Assembly: GCA_036172245.1 (NCBI GenBank)
Contig: JAYWIR010000004.1
Span: 4,340,001-4,404,000 of the forward strand
Direction of reading: 5' to 3'
Length of the DNA stretch: 64,000 nucleotides
Source: Raillietiella orientalis
Lineage: Eukaryota
Position 1 is the first letter of the stretch, and each line of letters opens with the position of its first letter. The notes below the pieces were generated by a model. That model did not search any database. It was not told the origin of the DNA and saw only the letters and a program-made list of their open reading frames with translations. Position numbers and translations under genes: made by a program. Shown one piece after another: positions 52,301 through 64,000 of this stretch.

Positions 52301-54715
52301 AATCCCCGACGGGTTAATCCCACCCGATGAATCGAATCCGTGATTCCCGAAAGAGCAGCGGTGTCAGAGGAAGAGAACCCAGGATGGGGAAAAGAAAAAA
52401 GGAAAACCTATTCCTCCGTTCCGTGCCTTCTTCCTAGCTCCAGCGCAGGAAATTCGCTCTCTCTTGGACCCTAATCCTAAGAAGAGGAACGGTAGATTCC
52501 TCCCTCCTCATTCCTTTCGACCAGGAAGTTGGTGGTGGAAGGCATCCATGCAGAGAGTGCCGAAAGGGCACGCACCTTTACCAGCAAGCACAGAGGAAGA
52601 AGCGGAGGAGAGCGCGGCTCCTCATGCAACTACCAGCACGCCATCATCTTTCTGGCACGCAGGAAGCTGCTCTCGGACCAAGAAGCAGGGATAGGGCCAA
52701 GTCCCCAGCTTGGTTCTGCGTTGGTTGGCTCGTCCTTTGTTCCGTCCTGGCTTCTTTCTTACTCAGCTTATCTCGGACCCTTCCGTTTCTGGCCGGCGCA
52801 TGTCTTCCTCGTTCCAGAAACTTCCACTTGGACGCTCCGCCTGAAGGACGCTCCGGACGACCCCGAGTCAGCTGGAGCGATTCGATCCACTCGGGAGGAT
52901 CGATGCAGCAGATGTGGCGACCCGAGTCTGCCGGCGGAGAGCAGCTCTGCGCCACGGCACCCGATGGCGTAGGAGCGGCCGATCCCGCAGGAGAGCGCCC
53001 GTCCGAACCTTCGCGGCGGGGCTCCGGCGTTGAGGTCGTGGTCCGGAAACCTGGCGTCGCCCTCGAGGAACCGGGTTCGAGTTGCAACGGCGACCTCCTG
53101 AACGAATCTGTCCAGCGATGTGTTCGCTCCCCATCCTGCTACTTGGAATCTGGGCTACGTGAAGGTCGAAAGAAGGAGAGAAAGGGAGGAGGGTTGTAAG
53201 AAGCTGAAGAGATATAGAGTAAGGGGATGGAACCACGGTCGATAGGACAAGGAGTGTTGAAATGGTGAGCGTACTCTCCCTCGCCTTCGTCTCCCTAGTC
53301 TTCTTCTCCTGTATTCCCGAGCTTCGTTTATTTATAGACAAATGGCAATTCCAGTCGGGAAAATTTCCACGGTGCTTTCTCAAGGAGTTCCCCTTCGAGA
53401 GAATTCCTTGCGAGATCCAGAATGCAAGGCAACGATTCGCTTCCAGATCCTGGTGGGATACCAAGGGACCATGGGAACCCTCGTCTCCCATCCTCGAGAC
53501 GGAAGGCTTTCCGCCTCTTCTGACTGAAGTGGTTCGAGGGCTTCCGGCTCTGCTCCCCTTATCTCTTTCTCCTTCGGAAACGTCGTTTCCTTCCTGATGC
53601 TTGGAGACCTTCCGTCTGGTGGGGAAGCGCTCGTTCCTAAGATGGGTGCGATGAGTGACCAGCAGACGACAATTTTCTCATCCATCTGTGGCCACAACAC
53701 AGCCCCCCTCAGCATCTGCACGCCCTTCTGCCTTCTCTTGCGCCTTCACGATCGCTGAGGTCTGTGCTCGCTCGTCCTTCGCCGCGCTTCCCGTTTCGGC
53801 ACCCATTGCGAGACGCCTTTTGCGTCGGGCTGCATTGAGACACGGGACTTCCGTGGGTTCCTTCCTCTTTCTCCTGTTCCTCATCTGCAGGCAGAGGTCG
53901 CCTCCTCCTCTTCCTTGCATCTTTTCCGTGCCTGCTTTGTCGGGTCCAAGAGTCGTTCGGGAGAGAAGCGTCGCAGCTATGATCTGGTCCTTCCTATTTC
54001 CGGGACATCGCCCGTGGGATTCATTCGCATCATCTCCTCCCGCTTCACGTCCAAGGGATTGGTAGGGGTGGATTGGTGAACTTCCCTGAGTCTCCTGATT
54101 CGCCAAGAGCCCATTCTCGGATCACGTGATCAGAAACCCTATAGCGGGTGTTATTTTTTAAAAAATACTTGTTTGTTTCCCTGTTCCTGTAGACAGAGGT
54201 GGTAACGCACAAAGGTTCCCTCTGGTTATTACCAGGGAAACAGATTAATTAAAATTACTCAAGTGGTTGGTCAGCAGTGAAAGCTTTTCCTGGCCTTTCT
54301 TGGTTGAAAAAAAAAAAAAAAGATCCAAGATGTTTTGAATCTAGAAGAACTCGTGCCGTTTCTGGAAGCTCTCCCTCTGCGGCTTGCACCCTCCTCATTC
54401 CAAGAGATCAGGTAGTTGTTCTGCGTGTGGCTTTGAGAAGAAGAGCTCATCCCCCTCCTTTGCTTAAGAAGAAAGGTCTTTGTTCTTGACAGGTGAGATG
54501 CAGGAGCGCAAGGGCTACGAGTTCCTTTCTTCGAAGGTGGTATTGGAAGATGGGTTCCATTTCCAGAGGCACAGGATGAGAATGGGAGCGTCTTCCTTTA
54601 TGTCATGGACGGATGCAGACGTCTCCCCTCTGAGAAGAAAATGTCAAACCTGCTCCCCGCCTTCAACTGCCAATGCTGATGAAAATTCCTTTCTGGTACT
54701 CGGAGAGAGCGAAGG

Positions 54716-54751
54716 TTTTCTGAAGTTCGTGCTTTTTCTGAAGTTCGTGCT
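54716..54751. repeat. 18-bp tandem duplication (TTTTCTGAAGTTCGTGCT x2)
   Basis: Read directly from the sequence. Confidence 0.9.
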
Positions 54752-55024
54752 TTCCAGTGCCTTGGCACACGCGGCAGTAGCCGATCCGAGAAAGGCAGGG
54801 AGAGTGTTCCTTGGAGACGCTCATGGAAGGCTTGACCGAAAACTGCGGCTGCTCGAAGAAGGATTCTTGGAGTCTTTGCCTGTGGTCGAAGGACCCGAAG
54901 CTCGCTTTTTGCCAGCTCCTTCGTGACTGCATACCAGCTGCAACCCTGAAGCGCTCGCTCAGATGATTTTCCAAGACCATCTACGGTTAGCAGCAGAGAT
55001 GCTACTTGTTAACACTCGGATATG

Positions 55025-56300
55025 CAGGGGCATTTATTTGTAACAAATAAAAGTCCAATGACATTTTCTTGTAATGAACGCAAAGGCTTACCACATCATG
55101 ACAGCTTGCTGGTTGCCGGTGCAAAACCGGCGAGGTCCATCTGACGCGCAGGGGTAGGGATAAGGAAACAAAAAGAAAAAAAAAATGAAACGTTGGGAGG
55201 GCAGAAATGCTTAGGGGTGGGGAGGACGGGGAAGAGATAACACTGCGCGCGGATCGGTCCTCTAGATCCTGTTTAGGATCCTAGCAAGCTGCGTTCTTCT
55301 TGCGCCCAGGTGGGGCCACCTGGAAATGTTCCGCACAAAGATGCGCGTCCAGTGGATGGCATCCCTGCCATTCCCGTCTCTTCTTCTTGACGCGTACCAT
55401 GCCGATACGATTCCGCGAATGAAGCACAGAACTGCCACAGACGCGGCCGGGGGCAAGCCAGTACGCAAGAAGAGGCGCCTGAAAATGTCCCTGGGGGTGC
55501 CTCCGCGAATGTTCAGGATGTCGCCCTCTCTGAGATCGTCTTGCGACGATCTCAGAGAGGGAGGAGGGCGATGCAGAACACAAGAAGGTGGAGGAATGTC
55601 TCTTTCTCTCCGCACCGGTCGCACTGCGCATCCACACTTCCACGTGCCCAGTGAGTGAGGCGTGCTTTGCACGGGAGTCCCCAATGCAAGACGAGCAACG
55701 CCACCTCCTGCCACTTCATGAGGAGGGAGCCACTGTTCCAGGACGCTGGGGGCCACTTCACCTCCTCCGGAGGTAGTCCGAGTAGCTCGCCCCAGCGTGA
55801 AAGTCCGTTGGGCGGGACACTCGGGGTCGTAGCGTCCTCTAGCTGACGAGATGTCCACGCCTTGATCAGTTGAGTCCTGCCGTCAATGACACAGGACACT
55901 TTCCACTTTCCCTGCTCGTTGCTGTCTCTAGCGTTCAACAGGGAGGGCAGCACTGGGGCAAGGGGGGTAATCAAGGCCCACATCAGTGTCGTGGGATTGC
56001 ACGATCTCCTGCAGCGTTCAGCCAGCGTGCCAACGCAGGCAAGTGTTCTTGGTTCCACTCGGGGCGTGGATCTTTTCCCACGTGGAGACTGACTCCCGCA
56101 GCCATGCGAAGTAGTTCTCGGGGGAGGCAGGAGATCCAGGAGTCCTCCCGAACCACAACGGCCATGCGACGCAGCTGAGGGCCGCATTGCCGCAGCCTTG
56201 ATTTCGGATTGTCTCGCTGCGATGCGGATTTTCCTGTAGTGGATCTCTTCCGGACATTCTCGGACAGGCGCTTAGACAGAGGGAGAAAGAGAGAGAGAAG
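55025..56300 (-). mobile_element. Decayed 3' fragment of an L1/Tx1-like non-LTR retrotransposon (post-RT zf-RVT region plus 3' UTR); boundaries approximate
   Basis: 55716-55573 encodes KWQEVALLVLHWGLPCKARLTHWARGSVDAQCDRCGEKETFLHLLVFC, which fits the zf-RVT pattern (L.h..LP...rL...C..Cg..ET..HL...C). A frameshifted continuation stops at 55262, followed by a pyrimidine-rich UTR and minus-strand AATAAA at 55033-55038. Confidence 0.75.
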
Positions 56301-59300
56301 AAAAGCAGAAGCGCGGTAGCCCCAGAACCAGTGCCCCACTAAAACAAAGAGCACAACTTCAGAACTCCCGTTAGCTTGTGTTTTCTGGAGTCGTTCATTG
56401 ATTTGTGTTCATTAGCACTTTACCATCCACGGACTACAGTTGCCGCTGCCATCTACTACGCCTGCTTATCCTTGCCTCATTTGCTTTTGCCCAAGTTGCA
56501 TCTGATTATTACATTGACCTGCGCTTATTATTTGCACTCTATAGTATCCAAGCCCAGTTACTCGTATTTAGATCATTCGTTAACACTTATTTATATTCAG
56601 CTGCTTGCGCTTTTCAGTCCATAATTCTTTCTTTTTCTTTCTTTCTTTTCTTTTTACTCATTTATTTGAGTTATTTATTGCCGTGGCTTGTTTGATGTAC
56701 CCTTTTTTTTTATGTTTATATATGGAAATAAACTAGCCGTCCGTTGCACGACTCTCTCCCTGGCTTTCCATGAGTTCCACCGGGTTCATTTATTCCTTCG
56801 GAATCCACAAACACTGTCTAATGAAGTCTTCGTCAGCCATGCATTTCTTTTGTATCGATTTTCTCGAAGAAAAGAAATCTCCCCGACAACGCACATTCCC
56901 CTCATTGTCCCTTCAAGCCATGCGAAGAATAAATACTCAAGTGATGCTCTCTTTATCGCTTGAATTAGGATGGGATCCCGCGGACGAACTTCCACCCCCG
57001 AAGAAATTTCTAGCGAGAGACAAAAGAGCGGGCTTGACGAAATCGGCTCTCGAAAAACCTCCCTTTCTTTCCTGTGACTTGGGTGAGGGAAGAAAGAAGA
57101 AATTGGAAGAAATTTATTGATCCACAGCCACACCCGACCTGTTCAGTTGCTGGGCTTCCGCGCGTCTTCTACGGCGGCAGAACAGCGTCAACTCCCACAG
57201 GCTCAAGGGCGTTTCCTTGGGATGTGAGGGAGTACAGAAAAGTTGCAACTGCTTGCTTTTCAGAAAGAGACAGTCAGGATCGATGCTGCTGCATCTGGCG
57301 AATGGTGCCATCTGCCTTTCGCTCTTTCTCGAATCACGTGATCAGAAACCCTTTCGCTCTTTTCCAGCAGCAGCAGTTGACGAGGATGAATCCCTTTCTT
57401 TCTTCTGCCGCGGTCCAATTCGCGCAGGAAGAACTGTGCTGCAGGAGAATCCCCAGTTTGCTGGCTCTTTCTGAGACCACCCTCCAGAACCTTGTGATCG
57501 GGAGTGGATCTTTGCCGCGCGGTGAAGGACCTCTGAGTCAAAGGGATTCCTACGGAACCACAGGCGGTGCTGCATCTCAGGGTGCAGCCCTTCGATCCCA
57601 TGCACCTGGTGTTCCTGAGATCCTTTGTACTTGCTGGCTTCCAGGTTCCTTCCCAACCGTCACGAAAAACAAACCGCCTTTTTTTTTTGTTTTTTTAAAC
57701 TGTCTCGACAAAAGAATTGAAAGAAGGGAAGGAAGGAATCACTCTCAGGTATCAATTTACCGGGAAGCACTTTCCGTAATGGAATTCTCGCCCTGCATGC
57801 ATCATTCACAATTACATGCCTCTGACGGCGCCCGCGTCACTCGCAGAAAGTAGGTGCAAAGCAGTCGATTTCCAAGGGGTTCCCACGGTAGTTTGTTTTG
57901 CACCAGGTCACGAATTCAGCAGCACGCCTGCCCGGCCCAAAGTGAACGTGTCCGGACCCGGAAGGAACGTCGAAGCTTCTGGTAAAAAAACAAAGGGAAG
58001 GAAGAAAAATTTCTGTAACCTATTTAGGAAAGCGCATACGCAAAGCAGGACCCCTCGGCTTCCCTCTGGAGGATCGCGAATCCGCGGGAGAATGCCGAAG
58101 ATGAGACGGAGGTGGAGGAAGATGTTGAAGAGTAGAATCAACGAGGTTCGGGATCTTCTTTCCAGGCTTATAGGTTGTCAGCTTCGGCCTTGATCGCATG
58201 TCCTACTACACTGTGTTTGCAATGTAATTCAGCCCACATTTGGGAGGCAGTTTCCATGGAAAGGTCGGGGTACTGCAGCTTACAAAGAAGATTACAGATG
58301 CATTTCATGCCATCTGCACCGAATGAGTCATCGCGGAAAATCACAACCAGGAGGAGGTGTCTGGAAAGAACATCGAGGAAGGAGTTGGAGTTTCCCTGGC
58401 TTTCCAGATCTGCAGGCGTGCCAAACTCTGGTTTTCAGGACGTTCAAGACTCGATCCTCAGCATCTTGTGCTTATCTGTGGCATCAGGAGTCGTGGCGGA
58501 CTACATGGAATTCTGGAAGAAAGCGAAAGGCAAGAACTCGAAGAAAACGAGTCCAAGAAACGAATTCCTAAATTTCAATGACACAGAAAAGGCTTCGAAA
58601 TCGACTTTCCTGTGATTATGAAATCTGAAGACCATCTGTGTCTCTCTTTGCACAATGACTAGGGTGAAGTCTTGCCATCATAGTTCAAGCTTGACCCATG
58701 AAGATGCTTATGTCAAAATCAGATTCCATCTGAACCAGTTAATTCAAGATGTCGGCCATCAGGATTCTTGGTATTCACCGACACATCTATTTGATGGCTA
58801 GACTCTCGGACTCTCGCACACCTTCCGATGTCGGTGGATCATGTAAATGCGCTGGAGGTGCTGGCGTATTTTTTCTCTTTACAGGATGCTGCGTAGTTCT
58901 GGTGGCTCCACGAGTGAGCAACTCATAGAGCAGAAAGCACTCCCGGAAATGCTCTTCTGATATAGAGGTTCTTTCTATCACTCCAATGCTGCCTTCAACT
59001 TTGCTTTCTGCAATCACTGCATTGGTTCTCCTTCAGACTTTCGCTTCCACTCTTATTTGTGGATTAGAGAAAGCACTGGAAGGATAGAAGATGACCAACA
59101 CACTCTCCGTTCAGAGAACACCTAGAACTCCAGCAAGACAGAAACATGCTTTGGCGTGTCCGATGGGAAGCATCCAACATAAGTAAGAACTGCTTACAGA
59201 AGACTGGGGCTTCCTGGATCTCGGTTAGTTCTGGACTTAGGAAGCGACTGGTATGATACTGGAAGTCGGACAAACAATCGGAGAAATTGCAGGACTCCTT

Positions 59301-60894
59301 GTATTCAAGGAGAAATCGAAATTTGATTGAATCGAAATTTGGATGCTTGGCGAGGTTGGGGAACCAGAAGGATGGAAGGAAGAGGAGGATGTGGAAGGCT
59401 TCCGTTGAACTTCACACGGATCACGCGAAGGAAAACCGCCTCGGGCAGACTCGCCGACCCTGCCGCCGCCTTCCACCAGCAAATCACCACAAAGCGCTGC
59501 TGATCGGACGCTCGGGGAGAACGCAGTAGTGATCCGCTTTGCGTCTTCCCAACGATTCTGCTCGACACCCACTTTGGGAAGGGATTCGGAGCCCCCGGGG
59601 TTTCACCCTCGCGGGTTTGCGATCGCGTCCTGACACTTCGGGTCGTTCGATGAAGCGACGAAGGCTGATGGCGGCTGGCAATCAGAGAGGCCGCTGCTAC
59701 CTGCACCAGAACCCGAGACGCCGAACTGTAAGCGGGACGGGGAGAAACGGGAACTCCTCTCCGGGTGGTGGGTTTTCGTACACCGTAGAGAAGGATGACT
59801 GCAGCTGAAGGGTCGATTCTCATCTCCGGACGCCATCGCGGAATGACGAGGAGCTCAAAGTTTGCATCGAGTGTGAGCATCCGAAGGGTTCTTCGCGATT
59901 CGCATCGTCCTGCCATCTGGCCGAAGGGGCGGTGGCGAGGGCGAAAGCGCTCCAGTCGGCGCTCGACGTCGGCTGATGTGGTGCATGAAGGGCGGGAGCC
60001 ACAAATCCGCTGAGGAATCGTTCCACGCAGCCTGTGTGGAAAGACTAGGGACAGTCCGGAAATGGGCCCTCGTGCGTGGGAGGTCGGCAGCACGGCATCC
60101 CTGGAAGCGCCATTCGCGACCACATATTCCGCGTTCGTTGCGCACGGAGACCGTGGAGATGCTGCTCCTTTTCAGTTGCCTTGCAAGGACCACGGCGCGG
60201 CCGGATGCGTAGTGGGAGGCACTCTCGAAGGGATCTCGATGGTTTTCGAATGGGGGAAAAGCGCATTTTTCGTGGGAAGCCTTTCCGAAGGTCGAAGCCA
60301 TTCCAGAGGGAGCGTCCACGCCCGCGCCACCTGCAGAGAGCGCGATCAGCGCTGACGCAAATGCGGCGCATCGTGAAATGAGGACGCGGCCGCAAAGTCG
60401 CTCCAGCAACTGTTGGGGGTCGAGGAAGCGGAAACGGAGCTTCGTAGGTCGTGGGACCCGGATCCGAAATCTGGCGGTTTCCCCCGCGCCGGACCTTCGT
60501 TCCGCGAGAGCTGGACCGGATTGACTCGATTTTTAGGGAAGGTGCATCCGGTGATGTGGAGCTTGGTGCTGATTCAGAATGCAGAAGTACATCGCCACCA
60601 CTGTTTCCATGTGAAGATTCTTCTTACGTCTGCCGAAAACAACGCTGTGGGGATCCACCAATGTACATAGTACATTTATGGAATCTTTGTTTTCTGTTCC
60701 CATGCTTTGAAGATCTCGATCTTAATTTGAGCGCAGTCCTTGTGTAGATTTGCTTCTTGATGAGTAGGCATCTGCTCGCGAAAGCTAATCCTTCAAGAGC
60801 CGCAGTCTCGGAATTAAAATTTGCTAACACATTGGATAGGGAATTCAGCCATGCGTTGAGCAACTCTCTTGAATTCTTTTTGAAAAAAGGGAAT

Positions 60895-60922
60895 TGAAGG
60901 GCAAATAGAAATTTGCCCTTCA
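60895..60922. repeat. Perfect 12-bp inverted repeat TGAAGGGCAAAT-AGAA-ATTTGCCCTTCA
   Basis: Read directly from the sequence. Confidence 0.88.
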
Positions 60923-63048
60923 GATCACATCACCCATTTTCTCCTATATTTCTGTACCTGTGAAGATAAACTCCAGTCAATCGTCGGAAATTTCTGCAGA
61001 CGTTTCCATCCTTGCAGACCCTTCTTTTCTCTTCTTCTCCCCCCTTGGTCATTTCTGATCCCTAAACATTGCCGCTCGTCACCTCTGTCTTTATAGAATC
61101 TCATTGCTCTCGCAATTCTTAGTGTGAAGACCCTTTCTCTCAACAGCTCCCAAACAAGACGTGAGATTCCCAGCCATCCCACGTTTTACGAAGAGAAACG
61201 TGGAATGGCTGAGAAAACCATGGGTTTCTTCCCGGAATGGCACGGCTTCCCGACTCAGGAACACACTATTGGCGGTTTTTTTTATCCTGTGATTCTTGCT
61301 GAACACAGAGAAATCACATCATCGAGGCAAATATCGATCGGCCTTTCGATCTTCAGACATGCAGCAAGCAAGCAATTATCCATATTTCAGTTCTTGTTTG
61401 ATCTCGTAGCCGAGGAACTGATATCAATCCTCATTGCAAAAAGCAAAGCGGAGATTTTCTTTTTGGAACCTTTGAACTCGCAGAATCAGAATCGCCGATT
61501 CCTTCTAAGTATCAGTTTATTCTCAGCGCCCCTTTCTAAAAGTGCTGCAAGGTTTACATCCATTCAGTGTAATGTCTTCCACTTCTTGAAGAAAGGATTA
61601 CAAATCACGGTAAAGGTGGGTCTGAGATCTAGGAAATCTCGGTGCCTCGTTGCAAGAAAGGAAAATCTGTTGGTGGATCTGGAAGCTCGTGTTGTTTAGG
61701 TTATTTCTTCGCGGCGTCTCAGTACAGTTCGGAGATCGACGGACTAAGAGTAGTATCATTTTCGGATGCGTCTTCTGTGGTCCTTATCGGAGCTGGTTGC
61801 AGAGAAGAGTAAATCTCAGGATGTGTGCCTCTCTACCAACGTGAGAAGTGGAATAGGTTTGTCAAATTCTGCTCCAAGGTCACTTGCGCTTTGCAGCGTG
61901 CTCACGTTGTAGAGACTTTTCGCACCAAGGGTACATATCTTTCCTCCTGGATCCACACCACGAGAGTGAAATCGGGGATTCCTGGATGCTCCCGAGAGTC
62001 GTTAAGTCGGTTGCGCTTGGGAGATCCATCCACGCATTAAGGAGCACTTCCTGGGTTCGGTTTCATCTGAATATCGACACCTTTCGAATGCCATCACAAA
62101 ACACGAGGAGCCAGATCAGTGTCAATCACGGAATTGATTCGTGCGAAAGTTCCCTACTAATACAGGAACCGTGGTCGTGAGCTCCAGATCATCACAAGAT
62201 TACATAAAAGCTCTCTAATTTCACCAGTCCAACTATTAGTTGGGTCATCTTTCTCGAGTTGTAAGCGCTGGAAATGAACTCAAAGGGAAAAGAGTCAGAG
62301 ATCGAAAAAGGAGGTCCTTTCGTTAAACAACTCATTAAGCTCATAAGACATGGAAAAAACACACACATAATTGGTTTCGAGGGAAGCAAGACGATCTCTA
62401 AACAAAACCCTAGCAACCAGCCTTTTCTCAGTTGGATTAAATTTGCAGATTTGTTGCATTTTGTTATTCGCAGTTTAGTTTAGTTTTCCTTGCCTTTACC
62501 TGTGGGATTAGTAGCCTTTCTCGCAGGTTCCCGTCGCTCTCTCGAGTTCCACAATTAAAAATGTTTATCTGTGAACTGGGATTCTCCTCACAGAAGAAAG
62601 CACTCATCTTTTCTGTGTTGAGAGCAGTGGTTGGGTAAAGTCTGCTTTGTAAGCCCGAACGACAAAAGGGAAATAAATTCCTAACACTTCTAACACTTTC
62701 TGGAGGCAGTTTGATCTTCCATGGTGTGGTTCTAGTATCTTGCGGTGATACAGTCTATATGAGAAGTTTACGAACAAGTAAAGGCATAGAAGACATATCA
62801 GGAAGACTGTTAGATTGACGAACAACAGGCATAGAAGACAGGGAGTCACTCTGAAGTACAATCCGCCACTAAGGATGTGCCTAACGTTCTTCATCAGTCT
62901 CATTCAGAAGCTGGAAGATCAAAAATGGAAAATGAGTAGCAGAAAAGGATCAAGAGTCTATTGAAGGGGATTGTCATAAAAAGATGTGACATCGTTCCTT
63001 CGGGAGTTCTCCAACAGCTACCGCGAAAAAGCATCAGTCCCCAGGGCT

Positions 63049-63105
63049 CATTTTTTTAAAAATAAAAAACCTGAAGTGTTCAGGTTTTTTATTTTTTAAA
63101 AAATG
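63049..63105. repeat. AT-rich near-perfect palindrome, 27-bp arms, 3-nt loop
   Basis: CATTTTTTTAAAAATAAAAAACCTGAA-GTG-TTCAGGTTTTTTATTTTTTAAAAAATG, one mismatch. Confidence 0.9.
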
Positions 63106-63542
63106 TATTCTAATGTAAAGTTGTGTATAGGTTCTAATTTTTGTGAATAGAGTGATTCGTATTGTACAATGATGAAAGTTAAAACATCCCTGACGTGGAT
63201 GCATCAGAGAAAATGCAGTGTATTTTTCCCTAGTAGATTAAATACAGTATGCATTTGTAGACGAAAAAGGTTCGTCTTATCTATGATAAAAGTATTCAAT
63301 AAAACATGGGAAAATTTAATTTTAATTTATTTATGTGTTTAAGGCATTAAGCACCCTTCCGTGTAATGCATGTACCAACAAAAAAAATGATAAAGCAAGG
63401 CAATGCAAAATATAATTTTTATTCGCAATAAGTTATTACAAAACATGTGATGAGGGAGTGCAAGCAGGCGATGGACGATCTTCATTTCCACAATATGATC
63501 ATCCCCTACAGCAGCTCCTCTGAAAGTGCTTTCAGGATGGTT

Positions 63543-64000
63543 TCATTTCAGTCGGTGATCCGTGCTGTGCTTCCAGCAAATTCCCCTTGAGTATTATATG
63601 GTCGCTGTTGAGATCTCCCTCCTGATGTCGTCTGTTTTTTTCCTCGAGATCCTTAGCATTCTAAGACTTCTCAGTAGTTCACAGGATGCCACGACGATTG
63701 CTTTAACGGCTCCCGGGAACGCCCTTCGAGACAAAGCGAAGGGTCAGTCCATAACACTTGCTCTCCTTGAGTTTGCTAATGCTTCAGAGAAGAGTTCGTA
63801 TGGACACTTTGTGTGCATTATGACCACCATGCCTTCTCCCTGGAGTACCATCTCTGGCTTTAAGCTAGAATCATTTCCTGGATGGGTCGCGTAGAAGATC
63901 CCACAATCAGATCCCACTGCTGTTGTCCGGCCTTCTTTATTTGGTCAACAAGCTCACCCTCTAGCTCTTGGATCGTAGTGTCACGACAGTTGCAGTGGGT
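63543..64000 (-). mobile_element. Decayed C-terminus of an RLE-type (NeSL/Utopia-like, R2 group) non-LTR retrotransposon; continues past the window end
   Basis: Manual minus-strand translation gives THCNC...LVDQIKKAGQQQWDLIV, a frameshift, then HPGNDSSLKPEMVLQGEGMVVIMHTKCPYELFSEALANSRR...AVKAIVVAS...IRREISTATI*YSRGICWKHSTDHRLK*. This follows the RLE layout: end of zinc knuckle, L(K/R)PD, D.kcPfE, IVVG, SR.I..eH. It has two internal stops. Confidence 0.75.

Noticed and set aside
57074..60409. Long ORFs (259, 272 and 184 aa) on both strands
   Set aside because: They overlap in several frames, are Arg/Ser/Pro-rich and carry no recognisable motifs; consistent with chance frames in GC-rich DNA.
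61290..61440. Minus-strand MDNCLLAACLKIERPIDICLDDVISLC, faintly like a hAT dimerisation C-terminus
   Set aside because: The ERxFS core is missing and the frame is interrupted; too weak without an HMM search.

Overview
Eukaryotic, intron-rich genomic DNA with no obvious CpG depletion; the gene model looks arthropod-like (inference). One gene can be reconstructed with confidence: a PFTAIRE-family cyclin-dependent kinase (CDK14, resembling Drosophila Eip63E) on the + strand. It has 10 phase-compatible GT-AG exons from 3828 to the stop at 25640 (about 476 codons); its ATG-bearing first exon was not found. The rest is intronic or intergenic and carries two decayed non-LTR retrotransposon 3' ends on the - strand: an L1/Tx1-like zf-RVT fragment at about 55.0-56.3 kb and a NeSL/Utopia-like restriction-endonuclease fragment at 63.5-64.0 kb. 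Near-perfect palindromes and short local duplications are frequent. The most unusual structure is a 3.3-kb nested inverted-repeat element (43894-47201) with tRNA/SINE-like heads at both outer ends, a hairpin-rich internal ~40-bp array of variable copy number, and an apparent single TCCAAC(T/C) target-site duplication. Next is a fold-back with 88-bp arms (27111-27319) that buries the first canonical AATAAA downstream of CDK14. All homology calls are from memory of the families; no search was run. No CRISPR, rRNA or intact tRNA was found.
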